The notes under the pieces are model-generated. The model was not told the origin of the DNA. It worked only from the letters and a program-made list of their open reading frames with translations, and ran no database searches. A stretch of 63,901 nucleotides of DNA, the filler included, from Octopus bimaculoides (lineage: Eukaryota), in assembly GCF_001194135.2 (NCBI RefSeq). It is 9 parts of 7 records of this genome, joined end to end, with 100 filler letters (N's around TTAATTAATTAA, not from the genome) between each part and the next. Parts side by side here need not be neighbours in the genome. Positions count along the whole stretch, not along the records: positions 47,909 to 58,678 come from NC_069007.1; positions 58,779 to 62,577 come from NC_068991.1; positions 62,678 to 63,901 come from NW_026324703.1; 6 more parts are not named here. One strand, 5' to 3'. Position numbers and translations under genes: made by a program. Positions 52,870 through 63,901 of the stretch are shown here, in pieces. Each line of letters begins with the position of its first letter. Position 1 is the stretch's first letter.

Positions 52870-53325
52870 AGAGCGTTCAGTTTTGTTTGCTCTGGTAGGT
52901 TCTGTGAGAGTGGACAGCAGCCTGCTGTCAGGTCCCACAGGGTATCTTTCTACTCATTATAATCTTTGATAATTGGATGTTAATTATTGTGGAAGACATT
53001 CAACACCCAAGTACCAGTCTCAAAATCCTAGCTGTCCCCAGCAGAGCAGTTTTTTTAGGCTTGCTCTGCTCTCAAGTTTCACTTGAAAAGGAAAATAAGG
53101 GTAGAGACAAAAGTGTTGTCTTTTAACCAGTTTGCTGAGAGGTGGATGAAAGTGGCGAGAATGGTGCGAGTGAACAGGCTTGCCTTGAGCATACACCTGT
53201 AGTTGGAAAAAAGGAAATGGAAAAAGGCACCTGCCCCAAAAGTCAAGGTATCCATGGTTTTTTATGGGGTTTTCCCATGAGCATCCCTTGAACATCTCCT
53301 CCCTATTGAGGATTACACATTGTTG
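52870..53325 (+). mobile_element. Tx1/L1-clade LINE 3' end in PTGS intron 1
   Basis: KVLSFNQFAERWMKVARMVRVN resembles the C-terminus of the 29870-30760 element, followed by a 3' UTR. Confidence 0.55.
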
Positions 53326-53564
53326 ATTTCTTTCTTTTTAATTTTGTCAGTCTTGTGTACATGCAAAACCCTAACCCTAACACATTCTCACACACATACA
53401 TGCATTCTTTATTTTGTTTTCTACTGTCCATAATGGTTTTCTTAATGTAAACCCTTGTAGTTAATAAAGAAATTATTATTATTATTATTATCATTATCTT
53501 TATTATTATTATTATTATTATCGACGTCGTCGTCATTATTATCATCATCATTATTATTATTATT

Positions 53565-53871
53565 CAGAAGTCTTATTTTTTCACGTGTTTTCCCTGCACT
53601 ACCGAGCACAGCTCTGTGTGCCTTGGGTATGTACTGTGGTTTGTTGTGATGCCCTTATGTTTACTGCATTGAAAATGTTTTACATAGGATGTGTGTGGTG
53701 CCTAGTAGTGCTATTTTCTGTGTGTTATATATATTTGTTAGTCCTGGTGTTTTTGTTATGTATTTGTCTGAATATTTTTTTATCAAACCTAATGTGCTTT
53801 TTATGACAGAAATTTCTGTTTTTAGACTCCACATTCGAGTCACCTCTGTTTCCAGGTCTTTGTATTTTGAA

Positions 53872-53872
<1 letters not shown>
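53565..53872 (-). mobile_element. Second RLE-type (R4/Dong-like) non-LTR 3' fragment
   Basis: SKYKDLETEVTRMWSLKTE...LGLIKKY...QKIALLGTTHIL followed by a short 3' UTR, embedded in (TAA)n arrays on both sides. Confidence 0.72.
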
Positions 53873-53919
<47 letters not shown>

Positions 53920-53975
53920 GTTATTATTATTATTGTTGTTGTTGTTGTTATTATTATTAATTTTTTTTTTTCTAG

Positions 53976-54095
53976 CTAACACAGCTTGCTGTTCATTCCC
54001 ATGCCAGAACAATGGAATATGTTCACCCACTGGGCGAAATGGTTTTATTTGCAATTGCCAGAACAGTGGTTACTATGGCACCAATTGCGAATACT
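53976..54095 (+). CDS. PTGS: Cyclooxygenase coding exon 2: EGF-like domain ANTACCSFPCQNNGICSPTGRNGFICNCQNSGYYGTNCEY
   Basis: Poly-T/ctag acceptor and T|gtaagt donor, 120 bp, phase 1-1. The cysteine pattern CC-x2-PCQN-G-C...C-C...G-YG-NC matches the COX EGF exon (vertebrate ANPCCSxPCQNRGxC...CDCTRTGFYGENC). Confidence 0.9.
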
Positions 54096-55162
54096 GTAAG
54101 TACACATGACTCAGACAAGAATTGACTCTCTATCCATTTCTATTGTTGATAAAAATATTGTTGTTTACCCATCAGGTCCATTCTGATCCACCAGGCCTTT
54201 ATCCCTAATCAAACATATTCTCGCTGTGACCATTCACCTTCTTGCATTTCAAGGACTGCAATGTCCAATGAAATCCTTGTATTTTTTATTTAAGGACAGC
54301 AGGGTGTGATTTGAGGGAGGTTTGACTACCATTTCTGGAATGTCAAGTGACCTTGCAATAGCTCTTCTATGATGAGTGCTTGATAATGTCAGTAATATGG
54401 CCAAGTGATTATAGTGCCTGACTGTAGTTCAAAAGATCTTAGGTTCAAATCAACTGCAGACATCTTGGGGAAAGCATTGCCTGAGTTCAACTAATCGTTT
54501 ACTGGAAATGGAGCCAGATCTTCTGATAAGGATTTTTACCAAAGATTATGGTGCTTTATCTACAAGAACATTTATCTAATGAATTCTCAGGGATATATAA
54601 GCTCTGAGCTTATAAGGTCCTGTCAGAAAGGAACAATTGGAACTGTAACCAACAGTGAATGTTGGATATGTATTATGTGTGATTGTGTTCTGTTGTCAAA
54701 AGCAGGATAAGTGAACCATGTGAAGTCACATGATAATCGAATGGCCTAGGCTGGTAATAATGTTAAACCGCACCCCCAACTGCCTCTTATGACCTGTGTC
54801 ATATGTCACAAAAATTGTAAGACAATATCTGGGCTAAAAAGACATATACTAGTTCACAAAAGCATTCCTTCAGAATCAGATTTCAAAGGGCAAAGATACA
54901 GAGGAAACTTGAATGATATCTGTTGCTTGTGATTTAAGCCCTGTCAGACAGCAGCTGATCTTAAAAAGTCATCTGAGATCTCATCAAGGGAGGGATTGTG
55001 ATGTGTGATGGGGTGTGGGGAGGGGGTGTTGATGGGACAGCTATCATCTGTCAAGATGAAGCAATTATACACACACACACATCCAACCTACGAATGGCAT
55101 TAGTTGGTCTGGAGCTATGCAATGGAAACTGTAGAAGCCCATTGTACACACACACACATATT

Positions 55163-55202
<40 letters not shown>

Positions 55203-55856
55203 TGTGTTTGTGTTTGCTCCCCCCCATCATTGCTTGATAATTGGTGTTAGTTTGTTTATGTCCCTGTAATTTAGCAGTCTACCAAACAAGGCTGCTAGAA
55301 TAAGTACCAGACTCCATAAGGTGCAGGTCTCAGCAGGGTTTATATGTTTTATTTAAATATCACTGGTTGTCCATGCATGAAAGCCTCTGGCTCTTCTTCA
55401 TGCCATCGATATTATCCAAGAGAAGAACAAGGGCTGATAGAGGTTAGCACTGGTGTCACCACAGAATACAAAGGGCTTGAATGGACCCTACAAGATATCC
55501 CATTATGTACTTCAACATTACCCCTAACTCGCGACCCTGAACCCATTACTTTATATCTTTTGACCTAGGAAAGATGAAAAATGGCAGCTGACATTAGCAG
55601 GATTAGAACTGAGAATGTAGAGATTTGAGATAAATACTGTAAACCATTCGTCCGTCCGATGCTTTAATGACTCTGCGTAGCTGCACCACTCCTTTTTAAG
55701 GGTTCAGTCTCAAAGAAGGGACTTTGTGTTCATCTTGAACATTTGTAAGTCTATGGCTACAGAGAACATATTTTGTGGGAATGGAATTTTTGAGGGATAA
55801 AGTTCCAGTGAGTAAGGATTGGAAAAGGAATTAGTGCAAAGATGGAAAAAAAAAAT

Positions 55857-56172
55857 GGCTCTCCGTTCATTATGACAACGAGGGTTCCAGTTGACCCGAT
55901 CGGTGGAACAGCCTGGTCATGAAATTAACAGGAAAGTAGTTGAGCACTCCACAGACGCAACATAGTTCTCGAGGAAATTCAGTGTGAGACAGAATGCGAC
56001 CAGGTTGGCCCTTTTGAATTACAGGTACAACTTATTTTTGCCAGTTGAGTGGACTGGAACAACATGAAATAAAGTGTCTTGATCACTTTGATCAAGGACA
56101 CAGCATGTCAATGGAAGTTGAACTGATGACCTTCCAGTCATGAGCCAAATATTCTAATTGCTGAGCCATGTA
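55857..56172 (-). mobile_element. SINE with head B + tail 1 (PTGS intron 2)
   Basis: Different tRNA-like head and centre (TGTGTCCTTG..CAAGACACTTTATTTCA..TCCAGTCCACTCAACTGGCAAAAAT) joined to the family-A tail. Confidence 0.75.
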
Positions 56173-57014
56173 CTTTCACTGATTACAGGTGAGAAGTGGG
56201 TGTGTGAGGTAAGTATGGTGGTGAAAAGCAAAGCAACAAGTGTGCTGGGTGTGTTTGATGGGGTTTAGTTCCCAAAGAGCTAATTCTGTAGAGCTGATGC
56301 CACTAAAGTGCCAAAAAGTAGATAGAGTGAAGAGGCTTTGTGTCAGTGAATTAGAAGGGGAAGTATGTTGGTGAGAGCCCTGCCCTTCTTTACACTGCCC
56401 TGCTTTACCTCTACACAACATTATTCTCTGTTAAATGTTTTTTACTTTTTTTTTAAACCAAAATAGTGTGAGATATAAGAAATAATGCAAGTTGATGGCT
56501 TGTACTTCCACCTTGTATTTCAATATTTTGGGTTTGGGACACCATTTAAGACACCTTTTTCAGAACAGAGAAATGTGCTTACAACATCATAACTCTAAAG
56601 ATTTCCTGAAGAAGGTGTTCTAACCTCGAAATATTGAAATACAAACCACCAGTCTGTATCATTTCTTATAAACTCACTTTTATATCCTTGTATTGGATAT
56701 ATATATAATATAATGAAGCAGTGGGGAAGAAAGTATACACACGACGCACTACTATTATTATTACAGAAGACTCAATGCTCTATATCAAAGGCTCACAGTA
56801 AACTGCTACCAACACGAACTGCTGATGATTCAACAGTTGTCTATTTAATAGAAATATTCCAGTTTACTATTAGTCACATGGAGGTGGTCAGAATCCTTCC
56901 ACAACATTCACATTGTTTGTGCTTCTAGCAAAAAATTAAGACTTATTTATATCAGACAAAATTTCATACAAACTTATTCTATGAGTTTTCTTTCTTTCTT
57001 TTTTTTTTTTTTAG

Positions 57015-57155
57015 CAACTTGGAAGCATTGGCTCCTTAGTTTCTTCCAATTGTTACCAGAAGACATTCACTCACTTCTCGTGGGCATTCCAGGATTTGGG
57101 TGTTTACTAAATATGTTACCCTGTCGGAGCTACATATCAAGATTTCTGATGCAAT
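57015..57155 (+). CDS. PTGS: Cyclooxygenase coding exon 3: membrane-binding domain (S)TWKHWLLSFFQLLPEDIHSLLVGIPGFGCLLNMLPCRSYISRFLMQ(S)
   Basis: Poly-T/ttag acceptor and T|gtaaga donor, 141 bp, phase 1-1, in frame with exon 2. It aligns by eye to COX-2 [49 protein letters not shown] (P, H, L, GF, N, P, R, I conserved). The catalytic-domain exons lie beyond the scaffold end at 58678. Confidence 0.82.
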
Positions 57156-57406
57156 GTAAGATAAATTTGCTACCTTCTTCATTGCCATTCATTTTCTATG
57201 TTTAAAAGACCAAACAAAAAAAAAAATTTATTTATCTATCCATCAATGCATCTATCCATTTATCCACAGGCATGGCAGTGTAGTAAGGTGTTTGCTTCCC
57301 AACCATAGGGTTCTGGGTTCAACCCCACTGCATCCGTGTCTTCTAGTATAGCCCCAGGTTGACCAGAGTTTTGTGTGTGATTTGGTAGATGGAAATTGAA
57401 AGAAGC

Positions 57407-57441
<35 letters not shown>

Positions 57442-57533
57442 TCTGTGTGTGTGTGTGTGTTATTGTATAAGAAAATAAACCAGTTAATTGATATATATGT
57501 GTAATTATATATGTATATGTGTGTGTGTGTGTG

Positions 57534-57564
<31 letters not shown>

Positions 57565-57885
57565 GTTTAACGTCCGCTTTCCATGCTAGCATGGGTTGGA
57601 CGATTTGACTGAGGACTGGTGAACCAGATGGCTACACCAGGCTCCAATCTGATTTGGCAGAGTTTCTACAGCTGGATGCCCTTCCTAACGCCAACCACTC
57701 AGAGAGTGTAGTGGGTGCTTTTACGTGTCACCCGCACGAAGGCCAGTCAGGCGGTACTGGCAACGGCCACGCTCAAAATGGTTTATTTTATGTGCCACCC
57801 GCACAAGAGCCAGTCCAGGGGCATTGGCAACGACCTCGCTCGAAAATCCTACGAAGGCCAGTCAGGCGGTACTGGCAACAGCGTA
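57534..57885 (-). mobile_element. RTE 3' UTR fragment, reverse orientation, PTGS intron 3
   Basis: A (CAT)n tail followed by the reverse complement of the RTE 3' end seen at 51430-51526. Confidence 0.8.
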
Positions 57886-57889
57886 TATA

Positions 57890-58122
57890 AAAGCACCATC
57901 CGAATGTGGCCGATGCCAGGGCTGCCTGACTGGCTCCCGTACTGGTGGCACATAAAAAGCATCCACTACACTTTCGGAATGGTTGGCATTAGGAAGGGCA
58001 TCCAGCTGTAGAAACATTGCCAGATCAGACTGGAGCCTGGTATGGCCTCCTGGCTTGCCAGTCCCCTGTCAAACCATCCAACCCAGCATGGAAAACAGAT
58101 GTTAAACGATGATGATGATGAT
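57890..58122 (+). mobile_element. RTE 3' UTR fragment, forward orientation, PTGS intron 3
   Basis: AGGAAGGGCATCCAGCTGTAGAAAC...CAGCATGGAAAACAGATGTTAAACGATGATGAT, homologous to the other RTE ends. Confidence 0.8.
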
Positions 58123-58343
58123 ATCTATATCTATATATATATATATATATATATATATAGCAGAGTAGAGTATCTCGATTCTCATGGGTGGCTCTTACTG
58201 CACCTAGGGTTAAACTCAACACACCTAGTCAGCTTATAAGAAACTGTTGAACTCATATGCTGATTTCAAAAATGGTAAAAGTGAATATATACATGCATAC
58301 ATGCATACATACATACATATACATACATACATACATACATACA

Positions 58344-58375
<32 letters not shown>

Positions 58376-58678
58376 CATATACANNNNNNNNNNACATACA
58401 TACATACATACATATACATATACACAGGTGTGTATGATTGTGTATAGAAGAATATATTACTCAAAGAAATTCCAACTTTGTCTGAATTTCATGTTTTATT
58501 TACAATCTTATAATAATATAATATAAGATAATATAATATAATGAAATGATAGAATATAAATGTCCATTCTGATTGAACTAGCACTTTCATGCATCAAACT
58601 ATGCAATCTTCATGTTCATGTCGTAGTTGTGATAGTTATGTTTTACAATATATAATTACATATATGTGAGTATATATA

Positions 58679-58778
58679 NNNNNNNNNNNNNNNNNNNNNN
58701 NNNNNNNNNNNNNNNNNNNNNNTTAATTAATTAANNNNNNNNNNNNNNNNNNNNNNNNNNNNNNNNNNNNNNNNNNNN
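58679..58778. other. Artificial scaffold-joining linker
   Basis: 44 N + TTAATTAATTAA + 44 N. Confidence 0.95.
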
Positions 58779-58839
<61 letters not shown>

Positions 58840-59889
58840 CGAAGAATAAGAAAGGCAGAGATTTACAAGTACTTTACCGTATTCCTGTTTGCACGGTTTA
58901 CAGTGTTTGTAATTTCAGGTTTAAATACGGTTTACACGTAAGCGTTCACCTAGACATACATATACTTTCATAAAAAACACACATACATTTGCGTGTAAAC
59001 TGGAAACAGCAGTTCATCTGAAGATGATATATTAAAGACCCTTTACTCCGACGTGGGCATAGTTAAGCTCTGGAAATGTTACTGGATTTTGGAGCACGAT
59101 TTTGGTAAAATAAGCAGAAAAGATTAATAGGTTAATCTGATCGTATTAGCACATACGCATTTTAACTTACCTCCGTAATTACCTAAGTTTTCATGGGTCT
59201 AGAATATGTTCTCATGATCAGAAACTAAGCGAAGGGTATATAAAATGGATTATTTATGAGAGTATTTAGGCTTGTATTGGTCAGTTCTGATCACGTGATT
59301 GATTTTATTATGATGCCATCAACTTATGGGCATCTGCATGTTGTACTATTTCAGCCACATTCGTTCTTTATATTAGCTACTACACGTGGTAGGGCAGACA
59401 AAATATTGGTGTCAGTTTGTACAATAAATACCAAATGGTTAGGTTGCATGTTAGTTAACGTGACTGAATTGACTGCAATTTCTATTGCCTGCTGGAATTG
59501 TATGCCCTTCCATATGCGTGGTGATACTTCGAGCGTGGTAAACTTTGGTTACCAGTGGCCTCTTGCTTCGGGTTCTTTACAGGGCGTATTCTGAGTACAG
59601 TTTCATATAACAACAGAATGGGCTACAACGTGCTCATATAAGTAACGAGGATCCTGCCAAGCATTCTCCATATGATCTTGGAGAAATCGTTTCAGTTGTC
59701 CCAGAGTAGTGTGTATATATATATATATTTAATATGATTTATTGCCATGATAAACGCATTTTATTTATTGTCGAAGAGAGACAAAAAATAAAACACATCT
59801 GTTTTGAAAATAGAATACATATTGTGGAATTTGATTTCATTATTCTTCCATCCATCTCTCTTCCTCTCTTCTAGTCTCCCTTTCTCCAT

Positions 59890-59935
<46 letters not shown>

Positions 59936-61107
59936 CTCTTTCTCTGTGTTTCTCACACACACTTCTTATCTGTGTGAGTGTGTGTATTCACAATGGTGAT
60001 TAGGTGTTTAGGTTAGAATAAATGTTACAGAGCAACACAATATCAGAAGTGATTGGGAGAGAAGTATGTCTTGAAATATAGTCGATGATTCAAAAATGAA
60101 GCTCTTTCGTTACAATATTTACGTTTGGCCCAAGCAGAAGAGGGATGCTGACAGGTTAGAGCGATGTGTTATAATTCTTTGTCATATTCTGGATTACGTT
60201 TATTTTTAGTTCTGATTTTTTAATTTTTTTTTTATCGATAATACTTATTCTCGCCATACTCCTTTTCGTCCTCCACATTTTTCTATTTGTTGTTGTTCTT
60301 CTCCGATTTCTTGTCTTCGAGTTCTTCTTATTTTGCTTTTCCTTCTTTCACTTATTCTCGTCTACTACTTTTAAATCTTTTTCTTCTTTTCAACATCATC
60401 ATCAATACCATCATCAACATCATAAATCAATACCATCATCACCATCATCATCATCATTATTATTATTATTATTCTTAGTAGTAGTAGTAGCAGCAGTAGT
60501 AGTACTAATAGTTGTAGTAATAGTAGTATGATCATCATTTTATCTATATGGTAATATGTTGATTGATATATATCAATAATTATATCTGATGGCTGATGTA
60601 AAACCAAGCAAAATATGATATATATACACGCACATACCACACATATATTAACTTGTTTTCATATATGCATCCACACACACACACAAATAGGCACAACACA
60701 GGCACACACACACACACACGTATATGCACATATACATATTTGTATAGAAGACATATAGACATCTTCATATATGTAAGTATACATACATATGTATGCTTAC
60801 ATATAAAAATACAAACATCCATACATACAATTATATACGGGTGAGTGTGTGTGTGTGTGTGTGTGAGAGTGTGTTCGTGTGTGTGCGTGTGTGTGTGTGC
60901 GTGTGTGTGTGTCCGCTCATAATAGTAAACTTAAAGGGTAGAGTACAGTACCCAAGCACACACATGCCCGCATAGGTGCAAGTTAATATTCCAGTTCAAT
61001 ATATACCATACACATCGTGTTTGGCCGCTCACTAGATAAATATAATTGGTATTCGAAACAAATGAACCTGTATAACATATTTAGTAAGTATACATACATA
61101 CATACAT

Positions 61108-61485
61108 GTTGGCACTCCGTCGCTTACGACGTCGAAGGTTCTAGTTGATCCGATCAACGGAACAGCCTGTTCGCGAAATTAACGTGCAAGTGGCTGAGCA
61201 CTCCACAGGCACATGTACCCTTAACGTAGTTCTCGGGGATATTTAGCGTGACAGTGTGACAAGGCTGACCCTTTGAAATAAAGGTACAACAGAAACATGA
61301 AGAAAGAGTGAGAGAAAGATGTGGTGAAAGAGCACAGCAGGGTTCGCCACCATCCCCTGCCGGAGCCACATGGAGCTTTAGGTATTTTCGCTCAATAAAC
61401 ACTCACAACGCCCGGTCTGGGAATCGAAACCGCGATTCTATGACCGCGAGTCCGCTGCCCTAACCACTGGGCCATTGCGCGTCCA
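61108..61485 (-). mobile_element. SINE family A, full length
   Basis: Reverse complement of the 7193 copy. Confidence 0.9.
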
Positions 61486-61487
61486 CT

Positions 61488-61522
<35 letters not shown>

Positions 61523-62393
61523 GCATNNNNNNNNNNNNNNNNNNNNNNNNNNNNNNNNNNNNNNNNNNNNNNNNNNNNNNNNNNNNNNNNNNNNNNNNNN
61601 NNNNNNNNNNNNNNNNNNNNNNNNNNNNNNNNNNNNNNNNNNNNNNNNNNNNNNNNNNNNNNNNNNNNNNNNNNNNNNNNNNNNNNNNNNNNNNNNNNNN
61701 NNNNNNNNNNNNNNNNNNNNNNNNNNNNNNNNNNNNNNNNNNNNNNNNNNNNNNNNNNNNNNNNNNNNNNNNNNNNNNNNNNNNNNNNNNNNNNNNNNNN
61801 NNNNNNNNNNNNNNNNNNNNNNNNTATATATATATATATATATATATGTATAGTCAGGTACACACACACACGCACCTATATACGTATATATGTGTGTGTG
61901 TTTGCATGCCTGTCGCTCTAAGTATATAATACATATATATATATACGTATATATGTATATACGTATATATGTATTATATATATACGTATATATGTATTAT
62001 ATACTTAGAACGAGAGAGATGCAAGCACAACGACACATACGTACATATGTACACACATACACGCAAATACATACAAACACATTTGTGCGGAAAATAAAGA
62101 TATTTATACATCAGATAAAAGCAAACGTGCGAATCAATGAAATACCAGTACACAAGCGAAATATATAGAACGAAAGTAAAATGTACAATGAAAGGCAATT
62201 ATTATAGAATGGAAAGAAAAGAAAATAATAGATACATACCAAATAGAACGGAAAATAAAAAAAATATATAGATATAACACCACAAGTGGTGAAACGAATT
62301 ATAAAAAATAAACGTGCCAGTATACTGAGAAAAATGGCGGAAAAAAGTGAGTGTATTAAAAATGATATAGTCCAATGTGAGGATATGTATATG

Positions 62394-62439
<46 letters not shown>

Positions 62440-62577
62440 TGTATGTAGCCATGCACATATGTATGTATTAATGTATTTATAGCTATCTGAATATACATTT
62501 ACATTTTACACACACACATACACACAAACACATATTTACACACATTACAGCAGTATCAGCTCCAAGCTTATATATAT

Positions 62578-62677
62578 NNNNNNNNNNNNNNNNNNNNNNN
62601 NNNNNNNNNNNNNNNNNNNNNTTAATTAATTAANNNNNNNNNNNNNNNNNNNNNNNNNNNNNNNNNNNNNNNNNNNN
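62578..62677. other. Artificial scaffold-joining linker
   Basis: 44 N + TTAATTAATTAA + 44 N. Confidence 0.95.
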
Positions 62678-63559
62678 CATCAATAAATTAGCGCACATTA
62701 TTGTCAGGAATTTTTCACATGACACAAGCAAACAATTCCAAGCAACCTGTCTTTGGCAAAGTGTCAGCTTAATAAATAATGCACGTTGACAAACAATAAC
62801 GTTATTATAAACCAAAACGGTGGCCTTCTAAGCGGTTGTTCTATTTATTAGAAATAGCTACCAAATCTTCGTTATATAACATCTTACCATCTTAAAAAAC
62901 AGAAATAGTAAAGAACATTTTAAGTTCGGTTATCCTTGGTGTGTCTGAGAAAAACCATATAAAAATACAAATGAGAAATTATGCTCACGGCTTGATGGCC
63001 TTTGGGCATATGTCTGCTATGTTAACATTGCCATGCAGCTTTAAACAATAACGTTTTTAGAGACTTGAACAGAGGTCTTGTACGTGGTTGTTCTATTTGC
63101 TAAAAATAGCAACCAAATTTCCATTACCTGATATCTTACCATTTGAAAAAGATAAGAACAATTTGAATGATGTTGTCCTAGATATGTCTGGGGGGAAAAA
63201 CAAAAGCAAAAAAAAAAACAAAGACGTCGTGGTCACGACTGGATTGCCTTTGTTCGTACCTTTGCTGCATCAATATTGCCATGAGTCTTAACAACAATAA
63301 TAAAAACAACGATGAGATGTACATCAGCACAAACAACGCCGCTGCCACCGACAACAACAAGAACAACGACATATGCATCAGTGCCACCGAATGCCCCATA
63401 TACTAAAACCGCCATCACCAACAACAACAACAGCAACAAAAGAACAGATTTAATTTGGTGTATTTATGTACTGACACGAAATTTAAAGAAGAGAGAGAAG
63501 ACAGAATGAGAGAGAGACAGAGAAGAGATGTAGGGGTAGATGTAAGAAAGGAAAGGAAT

Positions 63560-63613
<54 letters not shown>

Positions 63614-63689
63614 NNNNNNNNNNNNNNNNNNNNNNNNNNNNNNNNNNNNNNNNNNNNNNNNNNNNNNNNNNNNNNNNNNNNNNNNNNNN

Positions 63690-63734
<45 letters not shown>

Positions 63735-63865
63735 GTGGCAAGATAATGAGAGATATAGAAGGAGAACAATACAATTGTAATTGCAGAAAAGGACGTTGGC
63801 ATTCGAGTATGCATATGTATAGGTAACTTCCTATGCGTATACTTGCATGCATGTGTGTATGTATG

Positions 63866-63901
<36 letters not shown>

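Noticed and set aside
59256-59710. 112-aa ORF and a GPCR-TM5-like stretch (FLLPAGIVC) in another frame
   Set aside because: Multiple stops surround the motif and there is no consistent exon structure, so the similarity is too short to support.
57156-63901. Further COX exons (RSHLI.., peroxidase domain)
   Set aside because: Searched by eye and none found; the scaffold ends at 58678.

Overview
Eukaryotic, AT-rich and extremely microsatellite-rich DNA. The repeat landscape suggests a cephalopod such as Octopus (inference). The window is not one locus: eight identical 100-bp linkers (44 N + TTAATTAATTAA + 44 N) join nine separate small scaffolds, so adjacency across linkers has no biological meaning. 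Two protein-coding genes are supported, both partial and on the + strand. One is the last four coding exons of a cathepsin A / lysosomal protective protein (CTSA, serine carboxypeptidase S10; 36442-38836). The other is the first three coding exons of a cyclooxygenase / prostaglandin G/H synthase (PTGS; signal peptide, EGF domain, membrane-binding domain; 51935-57155). The rest is transposable-element debris: a near full-length degenerate mariner, Gypsy pol plus LTR, Tx1/L1, RTE and R4/Dong-like LINE ends, Tc1, MITEs, Helitron ends, several tRNA-derived SINE families, microsatellites and N gaps. Almost all ORFs in the supplied track are microsatellite or N-gap artefacts. The most notable observations are the divergent COX with a poly-Met (ATG)6 signal peptide, a hammerhead-like motif with a non-canonical CUGUKGA core in two copies of one repeat, a 2x2 head/tail shuffling among SINEs, (TAA)n-targeted LINE insertions, and an inverted RTE pair inside the COX gene. 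No prokaryote-type system (CRISPR, operon) is present.
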